Shown here piece after piece: positions 1-7,970 of a DNA stretch of 43,043 nucleotides. The stretch is from the UHGV virus genome UHGV-1376855, one strand, 5' to 3'. Made by a program: the position numbers and the translations under genes. The notes below the pieces were generated by a model. It did no database searches. It was not told the origin of the DNA and saw only the letters and a list, made by a program, of their open reading frames with translations. Position 1 is the stretch's first letter. Every line of letters begins with the position of its first letter. Origin of the DNA: a virus.

Positions 1-199
1 ATTTTTTTTGAGCGCTGGGATACTTCTTTATCCTTTCATTAGCTAAATCAATATTTCTATTGATAGTATCAATAGCATTATTTCTGATTTGTTCGGCCCA
101 TTTAACTTGCTTTTCTGAACCCTTTAAAGTTGGCAATCCTTTGAAAGAAATTTTCTGGTTTTTAGCAGATAATCCACTCGCCCCACCTCTACCACCCAT
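1..199 (-). CDS. N-terminal part of a ~120-aa hypothetical protein (MGGRGGASGLSAK...) that continues in frame across the window ends into 42880..43043
   Basis: ATG at 197-199 preceded by a start context; open to the left edge; the junction codon T|AT is in frame with the right-edge ORF. Confidence 0.4.
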   Translation of the reverse strand, partial: MGGRGGASGLSAKNQKISFKGLPTLKGSEKQVKWAEQIRNNAIDTINRNIDLANERIKKYPSAQKK

Positions 200-830
200 T
201 GCACAACACCTCATTAAACTTTTCTGTAAACGCTCGTACCCTCACGATATTCCCCATGCACTCATCTGGCACATAACCATAAAAGATAATCGTGTCCGGG
301 CAAATGCGCCGTACCATTTCCTTGTAGCCTATCAGAAACAACTCTTTCTTTTCTTTGCTGTTCATCACGCCTAAAGACGATACCGCCACAACACCACCCT
401 GTGGCTCTCCGTCAAAGCACCATTCAAAGCTGTCGGGCGTACTCCATGAAATCGTGGGAATAACTTGTATCCCTGCCTCTTGCAGATATGCGCCTACCCA
501 ATGTTTTCTATAATGATTGTATATCTGGATAGCTTTTGGAAAGTCTGTGTAGGTGGAAAAGTCTGGAGACATTACATAACGGAATTTTTGTAACATGGGT
601 ATATATCGGTCAACATCCGTCCATAACCTATTGAATTGGTAATCATCAAGGAAGAAATGTACACCTTTCTTTTCAGGCTCTTTACAAGTCTTGGCATAGT
701 TGAAACCAATCCATTCACAGCTTTTCTCGTAGGTTACTGGTTCTATCTGCGGTATTCCGTATTTTCCCACGCCGTCAAATATCTGGCGCTCCAGATTTTC
801 ATAATTTCTGCGGTTTCGGTAGTTACTCAT
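189..830 (-). CDS. hypothetical protein, DUF4417-like (tentative)
   Basis: 213-aa ORF in the six-frame track; recalled similarity to a conserved Firmicutes/phage family with an FLDDYQF.RLW motif. Confidence 0.45.
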   Translation of the reverse strand: MSNYRNRRNYENLERQIFDGVGKYGIPQIEPVTYEKSCEWIGFNYAKTCKEPEKKGVHFFLDDYQFNRLWTDVDRYIPMLQKFRYVMSPDFSTYTDFPKAIQIYNHYRKHWVGAYLQEAGIQVIPTISWSTPDSFEWCFDGEPQGGVVAVSSLGVMNSKEKKELFLIGYKEMVRRICPDTIIFYGYVPDECMGNIVRVRAFTEKFNEVLCNGW

Positions 831-1090
831 TTCTTAGCCTGCTTATACATCTGGTTAACTCCCGTAGCCGTAAGGCCAGACATAGCTCCAACTGCTACGG
901 CCGTGATGTAGTCCGATGCCGGGAAGTCTGGTATAGTTCCCATACCAAGCGCGCCAAGAACACCACCCACAACAGCCATAATAACCGGAATCCATTCGTC
1001 CGGTATTTTCTTTGCAGCCTTGCATCCAAGACCAACCACATAGCTCAGAGCCACAATAGCTACACATGTTCCCAATGTTGTAATGTCCAT
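827..1090 (-). CDS. small membrane protein, putative holin
   Basis: 87 aa with 2-3 predicted TM helices and a charged C-terminus (KQAKK); ATGA-type overlap with the downstream gene. Confidence 0.4.
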   Translation of the reverse strand: MDITTLGTCVAIVALSYVVGLGCKAAKKIPDEWIPVIMAVVGGVLGALGMGTIPDFPASDYITAVAVGAMSGLTATGVNQMYKQAKK

Positions 1091-1108
1091 TTCTTATCCT
1101 TTCTGGAA

Positions 1109-1459
1109 TCAGAGCAAACCCAATTCCATGAATACTTTGAAAATCTTCGGAGACTGAATAGCGAACCAGTCAATCATTTCTTCATTAGTTGCCCATGCTC
1201 CGCATGTATTTGAACTTGAAGAATCCAGACCGCTTTCATACAAAAACGCATGGATGAGTTCATGCCGTAATATGGCATTTTTATATCCTTCATAGTCCTT
1301 TAATTCGCAATCGTCCTTTTTATTGCAAATCACAATCATATGTGTAGAAAAATCGGTATATCCATCCCTAAATTTCCCATCCAGGTTTTCATCCGATTTT
1401 TCATCACGCTGGACAACTTCCCATTCCGTTCCCAGAATGTTTACTTTACAATCCTGCAT
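1109..1459 (-). CDS. small HExxH-motif protein (putative Zn metallopeptidase-like)
   Basis: 116 aa containing HELIHAF (HExxH) followed by an acidic residue; no other recognisable domain. Confidence 0.45.
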   Translation of the reverse strand: MQDCKVNILGTEWEVVQRDEKSDENLDGKFRDGYTDFSTHMIVICNKKDDCELKDYEGYKNAILRHELIHAFLYESGLDSSSSNTCGAWATNEEMIDWFAIQSPKIFKVFMELGLL

Positions 1460-1940
1460 ATAAAAGTGGAGTCCCTTCGTTATCTTTTACTCCCATCAGA
1501 TACACCTTTGCAGTATCATACAGGAGTTTATTGGTTGCCTGTTCATTCCCAGCCGCAGAGTACACAGTACTCCAGGCTTTAGCTCCGTTAGCTATTTCAG
1601 ACGGGGATGCATAGCTGATTGATTCGGAACCGGATGACTTTGACGTGATAACACCTGTGGTTGCGCCGCCGGACCCGCTGGTTATGATTCCAGCGGCGGC
1701 AGATAGCGCCTGTTTTTCTGCCAGTTCCAAACCATACAGTTTATCAGCTAAGGCACATACGGCTTTCTTGATTTTGGTTTGCGCTCGTTCATCGTCTGGG
1801 AGGCCGTCAACCAATCTGTCAAATGTTATTTTATCAAGGAAGTCGCTTGCCCGTTCTGCCTGCTTATCAAATGATTGGGAATCCGGTATGGAACTGCCGT
1901 AGTATTTTGTTGTGTAAAACTCATAGTCTGCATATGCCAT
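1446..1940 (-). CDS. head-tail connector (gp6-like) protein
   Basis: 164 aa immediately downstream of the major capsid gene; N-terminus YADYEFYTTKYYG...IPD...RASDFLD is typical of gp6-like connector/adaptor proteins. Confidence 0.5.
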   Translation of the reverse strand: MAYADYEFYTTKYYGSSIPDSQSFDKQAERASDFLDKITFDRLVDGLPDDERAQTKIKKAVCALADKLYGLELAEKQALSAAAGIITSGSGGATTGVITSKSSGSESISYASPSEIANGAKAWSTVYSAAGNEQATNKLLYDTAKVYLMGVKDNEGTPLLYAGL

Positions 1941-1957
1941 GCCGGATTCTCCTTTCT

Positions 1958-3130
1958 TTAAGAGTGAGACGTTACATCGTCATTTCCAGATTTCAACGCC
2001 TTATAGGTATTGTCACACTCAACTACTGTGATATGATTCCCGGTCGTTGCCTTGATATCAGATTTACCGTCCCATGCTGTCCACGTCTTTACATTCTGAC
2101 CATATTTCACTTCTGGAGCGGAATCAGCTGCCACTTTGTACTTGTACATGTGTCCTGTTTCGAGGGGAGGTTCAACGGTTAATTTTGTGTTTCCTGATGT
2201 GCTTCCGGCCGAAGAAGTTACCGTCAGTGTTCCAAGAACGGGATTATCAGTAATATCAACAACTGCGATTCCGTCAATATATTCTGCAAACAAGGTAAGT
2301 CCCATGATTGCAAATGCTTCGGAAACAGCGGTATTGTAATTACCCTGGGTATGGAATCCGATAAGGTTTGTATCCCCGTCCCCAGTCGTATACACCAGAC
2401 CGGCACGTGCAAAATCACTTTCGTTTGGGTCTACATAGTACATTACAATGTTTTCCACTGGTGTAGCTATTACTTTTCCACTTTCTATTTCAGAATCAGA
2501 TAGCAGAAAGATTGTATTGAATCCCATGAAATCCTTAAGATACTGGAAACCAAACTGATTCTGCACAGTGATTTCAGCGGAACCCAGGTACTGATATACA
2601 TCCAGAATATTCACAAATCCAACCACCCCCGTAACATTACGGTGCATCTGTTTGAATTTGTTTTCTACCATTCCTTTTGCCATAGCAAGGGCCATCTGGA
2701 ATGTAGTTTCCGTTCCAGTAAGTGTACCAGTATTCAGATATGTATAGAATCGTTCTGTTACATTCGACTGAAGCTGGAACAAAAATTCATCGTCTGTCAT
2801 CTGAACGGCATTTTCATAGCCGTGGTCTTTAATTGCTTCAATGGAAACGGCCTTTGCATACTTCTCAATGGTCATTTCCGCATACGTCTTTTCCTTTACT
2901 GTGAATTTGCTGTAAGGGATTTCCTCTCCTTCGCCTACAGCCCCGCTCTGTAAAGTTCCTTCTGCATATTTGCTTTTCAGCACTGCCCCCGGCGTTTTCT
3001 TGATTGGGCGCATAATCCCCAGAATGTCCCGAAGATGCTGCCAGTTCCTTTCAAAGCGTGTCACAAAATCAATTTCACGCGCTGTAACCTGTATGTCCGC
3101 GCTTTTGATTATATTGGCTTTTGCTACCAT
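1958..3130 (-). CDS. major capsid protein (HK97-fold) with C-terminal Ig-like (Big_2-like) domain
   Basis: 390 aa following the scaffold gene; capsid-like body of ~300 aa; last ~90 aa TKLTVEPP...YKYKV...WTAW...ITVVEC resembles bacterial Ig-like domains. Confidence 0.75.
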   Translation of the reverse strand: MVAKANIIKSADIQVTAREIDFVTRFERNWQHLRDILGIMRPIKKTPGAVLKSKYAEGTLQSGAVGEGEEIPYSKFTVKEKTYAEMTIEKYAKAVSIEAIKDHGYENAVQMTDDEFLFQLQSNVTERFYTYLNTGTLTGTETTFQMALAMAKGMVENKFKQMHRNVTGVVGFVNILDVYQYLGSAEITVQNQFGFQYLKDFMGFNTIFLLSDSEIESGKVIATPVENIVMYYVDPNESDFARAGLVYTTGDGDTNLIGFHTQGNYNTAVSEAFAIMGLTLFAEYIDGIAVVDITDNPVLGTLTVTSSAGSTSGNTKLTVEPPLETGHMYKYKVAADSAPEVKYGQNVKTWTAWDGKSDIKATTGNHITVVECDNTYKALKSGNDDVTSHS

Positions 3131-3753
3131 TACTGTTCTCCTTTACCAAACAAATGTAGGTTACTGGCGATTGCAGACTGACGCTCTGATGGGTCTTTAA
3201 TCGCTTCAATATCCTTTCGTGTCATAGTTCCTGGCGCATTCTGCTTACCCAATGGTGCGGTAAACCTCGCCATGTTCCGCTGTGCCTGTTGCTGCGCATC
3301 ATCAATAAATGCCGAAGCATCCTTTTCTTTCATTTGGCCTATAAGGTCATTCAGCCCCAGAATTTTACCATCCTTCAGCTTTAATCCGGCCTCTTTTACT
3401 TCTGCCATGATTGCACGTTTAGCCGCTTCGCTGGAAAACTTAATACCCTCAAATTCTGTCTTAAGTGCATCCGCGAAATCACGTTCATAAAGCTGTGCCT
3501 GGGCGTTCTTTTCTGCCTCTGTAGCCTTCTGTTTCCAGTCAGACAACTCTTTCTGCATCGTCTCCAGGTCAACCCCTTCAAAGCCTTTCAGCGTTGCTTC
3601 TGCTGCTTCTGCTTTTTCTTTCCAGGTATCCCGTTCGGTTATCAGATTATCATTTTCTTTCTGCAACTTTTTAAGGTCTTTTCCATTTTCAGCCATAACA
3701 AAAGATATCTGTTCCTCTGTCAATCCCTGTGACTTTAATTCTTCGGTTTTCAT
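3130..3753 (-). CDS. scaffolding protein
   Basis: 207-aa highly charged coiled-coil protein directly upstream of the capsid gene; strong RBS. Confidence 0.7.
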   Translation of the reverse strand: MKTEELKSQGLTEEQISFVMAENGKDLKKLQKENDNLITERDTWKEKAEAAEATLKGFEGVDLETMQKELSDWKQKATEAEKNAQAQLYERDFADALKTEFEGIKFSSEAAKRAIMAEVKEAGLKLKDGKILGLNDLIGQMKEKDASAFIDDAQQQAQRNMARFTAPLGKQNAPGTMTRKDIEAIKDPSERQSAIASNLHLFGKGEQ

Positions 3754-3944
3754 TGATGATTCTCCTTTTCCGTTATTAGGTTATTTGTAGGTGTGTAACC
3801 GTCCACCAACGGTTGCCATTTTGTAGGACTTGGCGTGTCCTAAAACGCACATGCCGGAAATTGCATCCGCTTTTCAACTTCCAGGCTGTTCACGTTATGC
3901 GCTAGAACCTGTTTCTTTTAAGGACATGTGCTATAGGAGGGAGG

Positions 3945-4047
3945 TCAATATAAAGAAAGAGCCAAACAAATTATTAGGCTATATAGCAATGGTAAAACAC
4001 CATTAACTATTGCAATCTGTTTGGCTCTGCGTCTGGCGTCTGGCTCT
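3945..4047 (-). promoter_or_regulatory. conserved late-region element copy 1: 25-nt motif GGCTCTGCGTCTGGCGTCTGGCTCT plus 11-bp-stem hairpin (3958-4027) and U-rich tail, ~200 nt upstream of the scaffold/capsid genes
   Basis: near-identical motif and hairpin architecture recurs at 41369-41409 upstream of the major tail gene. Confidence 0.4.
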
Positions 4048-4051
4048 AAAG

Positions 4052-4270
4052 TTATGTTGCAGGTGATAAACCACTTTTATCTAAATCACTTGCTTTACCT
4101 TTTGCAATATTCATTACGGATGTATTCTTACATACAGGGCAAAATACTGGAAGGTTTTTCGCTACTGTATCAGGCCGGATTTTAGTCCGAGTTTTATTGT
4201 TACATATAGGGCAGTACACCCAACCGTCTTTTACCATGTTTTCACCCTTTCTGCTTATTCCTACTCCCAT
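4052..4270 (-). CDS. cysteine-rich KTR zinc-ribbon protein
   Basis: YCPICNNKTRTKIR...FCPVCKN matches the Cys-rich KTR motif. Confidence 0.5.
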   Translation of the reverse strand: MGVGISRKGENMVKDGWVYCPICNNKTRTKIRPDTVAKNLPVFCPVCKNTSVMNIAKGKASDLDKSGLSPAT

Positions 4271-4342
4271 TTTACCTTATTCAAAAAAAATAATCGTCCC
4301 CACATTTTTTAAAGGCGGTAGGTTTTACCCACCGCCAATTTA

Positions 4343-4882
4343 TTACATCATATTACGAAGCTTTTCAATATACCTTTTCATGGTTTCTCTTTCTTCCCGG
4401 CAGTCGGCATCTTTGGACATTTCGCCTAATTCTTCTGTCAGTTCGTCCATATGTTCTTCCAAAGCTGCAAGCATACGCCGCTTGCAATCTTCATCTTTCC
4501 CGCCGCTTCTGTAGCTCTGCTTCTGATTCATGTAGTCGTCATAGGCCGGACCGTTCGCACGGCTGTAGTGTTCTCTAACGTAATGTTTTCCACGTGTGCC
4601 GCGATAGGAGCTGTCATTATCATAGTCCTGCGACATTCCATCAGCACGGCTATAACGTCCCATGCTGTCGCGCTTGCGGCGCGCTTCGCTGTATTCTCCA
4701 CCGTCCATTTCGTCCATTACCTGATTGTAGTACTCTTTTTTGCACTTCCAGTACTCCACGTTCTCCATGTCTTTCCACATGTCTATCAGTTTGTATGCGG
4801 TTTCAAGGTTGCTAGTGTTCAGGCCCTTTTCCGCAATCTTATCCAGTTCTTCATGGATATTCTGCATCATCTTATAGCTCAT
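4343..4882 (-). CDS. hypothetical charged Y/R/D-rich protein (spore-coat-like composition)
   Basis: 179-aa ORF with low-complexity SYR/DYD repeats; strong RBS. Confidence 0.45.
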   Translation of the reverse strand: MSYKMMQNIHEELDKIAEKGLNTSNLETAYKLIDMWKDMENVEYWKCKKEYYNQVMDEMDGGEYSEARRKRDSMGRYSRADGMSQDYDNDSSYRGTRGKHYVREHYSRANGPAYDDYMNQKQSYRSGGKDEDCKRRMLAALEEHMDELTEELGEMSKDADCREERETMKRYIEKLRNMM

Positions 4883-4894
4883 AGCATTACCCCC

Positions 4895-5293
4895 TTAACC
4901 TATTCTGCTAACAACAAGGTTAGCGTCTGATACTGTCGCTGCTGTGGCTCCAACGTTTTTTACTGATAGGGTAGCACAACATGGTTTGCACACCCTTACT
5001 TCTACAGTTGCCGCTCCATTGATTGTTGCGCCGGCGGCAACTGTGTTCTGGATTCTTGCACCGGGAATGCCTTCGCCGTCCTGCTGTACTTCAAAAATAA
5101 CGTCACCTGCTGCGGCTGCGGAAAAGTTTCCGTTAAATCCTACGCGGTACAGGCCAGGAAGCAAAACTACCCTACCAGAGAGTGCCTCATGCCTTATGTT
5201 TGGACAATTGCAAGAATATATCCTGTTTGCAGCAAACAGAACGCTTGCATTGACTGCAACAGTCTGTGTCCCAGCAGTTACAAAATCTGCCAT
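4895..5293 (-). CDS. C1q/TNF-like (BclA C-terminal-domain-like) protein
   Basis: 132 aa; the pattern GLYRVGFNGNFSA...V.V.QDG..I.G...NT.AAG resembles exosporium BclA C-terminal-domain beta-sandwich proteins. Confidence 0.45.
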   Translation of the reverse strand: MADFVTAGTQTVAVNASVLFAANRIYSCNCPNIRHEALSGRVVLLPGLYRVGFNGNFSAAAAGDVIFEVQQDGEGIPGARIQNTVAAGATINGAATVEVRVCKPCCATLSVKNVGATAATVSDANLVVSRIG

Positions 5294-5501
5294 AATAAAT
5301 CCTCCTTATATGCACAGAAGGGCAAGCTTATGCCTACCCTTCTGTGTGTGTAATACTACTGTTCAGTAGACATGTCCTTTTCGGACAAGATACGCAATAT
5401 ACGGTTGTTTTGTTCGATAATCTTTTCCATATACTCTCTATTTTGCTGTTGTAATGCTGCTGCATATAAAGCAAGATTATCGTAAAACTGTTCGTTTCGA
5501 G

Positions 5502-6203
5502 TTAGCATCCGCATCCAGCATTGCACCCACAATTAGATGCATATGGATATGGCGCCGGTACTGTATAAGCCGGTACAGGCTGCGGCTGACGAAGCTGGGC
5601 AACGATTGAGTTACCAACCGCATCAATAAAACCATTCTGGGAAGTCTGACTTGCCTGGAACCTAAGTGTCTGATTCTCTGCCTGTAAAGTGGAAATCTTA
5701 TCTTGTGTTAAGAAGTCAAGAATAGCTCTTGTGTTGCTATTGTTATTGTCCAGAATATCTCTGGTTGCAGTCTGAATGGTATTTCTGGTATCACATGACT
5801 GTGTAGCCAGATTGTAGTTTACGCCATCAATTGCACGCTGTGTCTGGCAGCAGCAATCCTGGAGCTGATAGCCCATCTGGCATAAGCTGCGGTCAACACC
5901 GTTGAATCCGCTGGTAATAGTGTTGTTCAGTGCATAGGTGCTGTCACAAATACCCTGCTGGATACCTCTAATTCCGTTTTCTATACCATTTAAAGCAAAG
6001 CCCTCATTGATATCTGCTCTGGTTGCAAGACCCTGGAGTCCCGCGCCATTTGCGCCGTTGCCGCCGAAGCCATTGCCCCAGCCTCCCCCGGCGAAAAGGA
6101 AGAGAACGATAATCCAAATCCAGTCGCCCCACATACCGTCACCATTTCTGTTATTGTTTCCTGTAGCGGCTGCAATGTCCGCTAAAGAGTAACCACTTTC
6201 CAT
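5502..6203 (-). CDS. Gly/Asn-rich membrane protein with a YjcZ-like hydrophobic segment and Cys-rich C-terminus
   Basis: 233 aa; GDWIWIIVLFLFAGGGWGNGFGG, then a C-terminal PYPYASNCGCNAGCGC. Confidence 0.45.
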   Translation of the reverse strand: MESGYSLADIAAATGNNNRNGDGMWGDWIWIIVLFLFAGGGWGNGFGGNGANGAGLQGLATRADINEGFALNGIENGIRGIQQGICDSTYALNNTITSGFNGVDRSLCQMGYQLQDCCCQTQRAIDGVNYNLATQSCDTRNTIQTATRDILDNNNSNTRAILDFLTQDKISTLQAENQTLRFQASQTSQNGFIDAVGNSIVAQLRQPQPVPAYTVPAPYPYASNCGCNAGCGC

Positions 6204-6256
6204 AAATATTTACTCCTTTAAATTTATTTACAAAATCATGCGCATTGATTTATGTA

Positions 6257-6505
6257 CTATTTTTTCATGCCTCCAAGCATCTGCTGAAACTGCTGTGCCA
6301 TCTGCTGGGCTTGGTCTAACTGCTGCTGAGTTATCTGCCCAGACTGTAGCATCTTCTGCACTTCTTCCTGGGGGTTCCCTTTGAAATTGTTCTTAAATTC
6401 CATAAACTTTTGAATCATCTGCATTGGGTTATTTCCGCCTCCCATTCCAGGCATCATGCCACCCATTGGTGAACCGCCGCCCAACATGCTAAATAATGGA
6501 TTCAT
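6257..6505 (-). CDS. small Met/Gly/Gln-rich low-complexity protein
   Basis: 82 aa; GGMMPGMGGGNNPMQM then a Q-rich C-terminus; good RBS AAAGGAG. Confidence 0.45.
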   Translation of the reverse strand: MNPLFSMLGGGSPMGGMMPGMGGGNNPMQMIQKFMEFKNNFKGNPQEEVQKMLQSGQITQQQLDQAQQMAQQFQQMLGGMKK

Positions 6506-6508
6506 ATA

Positions 6509-6979
6509 TTATTTCCCCTTTCCGCTTGGAGCTGTGCTGGATTCTAAAAGGCCGTACAATTCATCATATTTTGCCTTTAAATCCTGATACTCGTTTCTGG
6601 TAACATACTTTTCATCCAGATTTTCAGCCGATGCAGATTCCTTTTTCCGTCCATTAACAATCTCTTTATATTCAAAAGTGCGGAGTGTTGGCATACCTGC
6701 TGCATCTGTTGTTTTAATATAAAAGTACTCATTTTCGCTATCCATCAGTAATATGGATGTGCTTGGCGCTACTAAATACGACTTTGCCCCGGCTTCACCC
6801 TGCACCCATAATATTCCCTGGTTGGTCTGCGGGACCTGTGAAACCTGCGTCTGTTGCGGCATTTGGTATGGTGCCTGTAGCTGCTGCAATCGGTCCATAG
6901 GTGGTTGCATCTGCGGTTGATACGGATATGCATTTGGATATGTATTCAGATAGTTTGGATTGATAAATGGTTGCGGCAT
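6509..6979 (-). CDS. protein with Pro/Gln/Tyr-rich N-terminal low-complexity region
   Basis: 156 aa; N-terminus PQPFINPNYLNTYPNAYPYQPQMQPP; RBS GGAGGGGATATAATG. Confidence 0.45.
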   Translation of the reverse strand: MPQPFINPNYLNTYPNAYPYQPQMQPPMDRLQQLQAPYQMPQQTQVSQVPQTNQGILWVQGEAGAKSYLVAPSTSILLMDSENEYFYIKTTDAAGMPTLRTFEYKEIVNGRKKESASAENLDEKYVTRNEYQDLKAKYDELYGLLESSTAPSGKGK

Positions 6980-7071
6980 TATATCCCCTCCGTTCTTTTA
7001 TAATCCAATTATCCCATAAAAAATAAGCCCTTGACAGGTCGTCAAAGACTTATAAAAGTATCACGCAAGTA

Positions 7072-7272
7072 TCAACATAATCGGATTATTTTGTTGTTTA
7101 CTTTTCTGCTCAATCTCTTTGCTGTGGATACACTTACATTCATTAATTCAGCGCAATACTCCAAAGGATAGTTCTTGGCCCGGTACTCAAACAGTGCCCG
7201 TTCTTCATCCGTAAAGTTACAATATGTACGAAAATAGTTTAGTTCTGGCACTGTAAAGTCATATACCTTCAA
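7072..7272 (-). CDS. small sigma-70 region-4-like HTH protein (putative transcription regulator)
   Basis: 66 aa; FTDEERALFEYR...ELMNVSVSTAKRLSRKVNNKI resembles sigma-70/ECF region 4; TTG start with AGGAG RBS. Confidence 0.45.
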   Translation of the reverse strand: MKVYDFTVPELNYFRTYCNFTDEERALFEYRAKNYPLEYCAELMNVSVSTAKRLSRKVNNKIIRLC

Positions 7273-7283
7273 CGCAACGCTCC

Positions 7284-7577
7284 TTAAATACCTTCTGACA
7301 AATGCTTTATCATAGCTTCTTTGGTTTTTTTTAAACCCTCTATGTTGTTACCGGTTATACGATTATCAATTAATGCTATCATTCCTTGGCATAAAAGAGA
7401 TTGCATATCTCTTATTTCTTTGATAGATTTATAATCATTTTCCACATTTATTTCTAATTTATCCACTCGATTTTTTAGCTTAAATGCCGGATGCAACAAT
7501 TTGTATATTACGGCTCCTGCGCCTCCAAGAGTAATAAGCCAACCGCATACAACCATAATAGAGTTTAATGTTTCCAT
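7284..7577 (-). CDS. membrane protein (single N-terminal TM, coiled C-terminus)
   Basis: 97 aa; TM segment IMVVCGWLITLGGAGAVIYKLL. Confidence 0.4.
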   Translation of the reverse strand: METLNSIMVVCGWLITLGGAGAVIYKLLHPAFKLKNRVDKLEINVENDYKSIKEIRDMQSLLCQGMIALIDNRITGNNIEGLKKTKEAMIKHLSEGI

Positions 7578-7580
7578 AAA

Positions 7581-7970
7581 TTATCGCCTTTCCCAGTAGT
7601 ATATTGGTATTTCTTGACCGCTGTCCCATGTGTCCCAGTAAAATCCATCCACAACCGTTACCACATGACCATCAAGCCCAAGAACAAATACTCCGTTTTG
7701 GTGGTCTGCCGAAAATTCTTCCACGGTATAATCTTCTGGATATTCGTCTGGTATAATGTTTCTCTGAAACCCGTTGCGCCTGAGATATGTCCCCCACACG
7801 CTGTTAGCTGAGGGCATATCTGATTTCTCGCACGCCACCACCATAACGCCAGCAAAGGCGGTTTCCCAATCCTGTCCGGTTGCTTTGCAGATTGCACGTA
7901 TGGCACAGTCGCCTACACGCTGATTACAGACTGGGTTAGGGTTATATGGTTTCCATCTATTCAAATTCAT
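7581..7970 (-). CDS. hypothetical protein, possible Cys/His peptidase-like
   Basis: 129 aa with conserved-looking GDCAIRA...DGHVVTVVDG spacing; tentative. Confidence 0.35.
   Translation of the reverse strand: MNLNRWKPYNPNPVCNQRVGDCAIRAICKATGQDWETAFAGVMVVACEKSDMPSANSVWGTYLRRNGFQRNIIPDEYPEDYTVEEFSADHQNGVFVLGLDGHVVTVVDGFYWDTWDSGQEIPIYYWERR

Noticed and set aside
4451-4930. 159-aa plus-strand ORF
   Set aside because: Antisense to the 4343..4882 gene in a region where all supported genes are on the minus strand.
7020-7071. Possible promoter or terminator around the TTGACAGGTCGTCAA palindrome upstream of the Pro/Gln-rich gene
   Set aside because: The -35/-10 spacing fits neither strand well and the hairpin is only 5 bp; not supportable.
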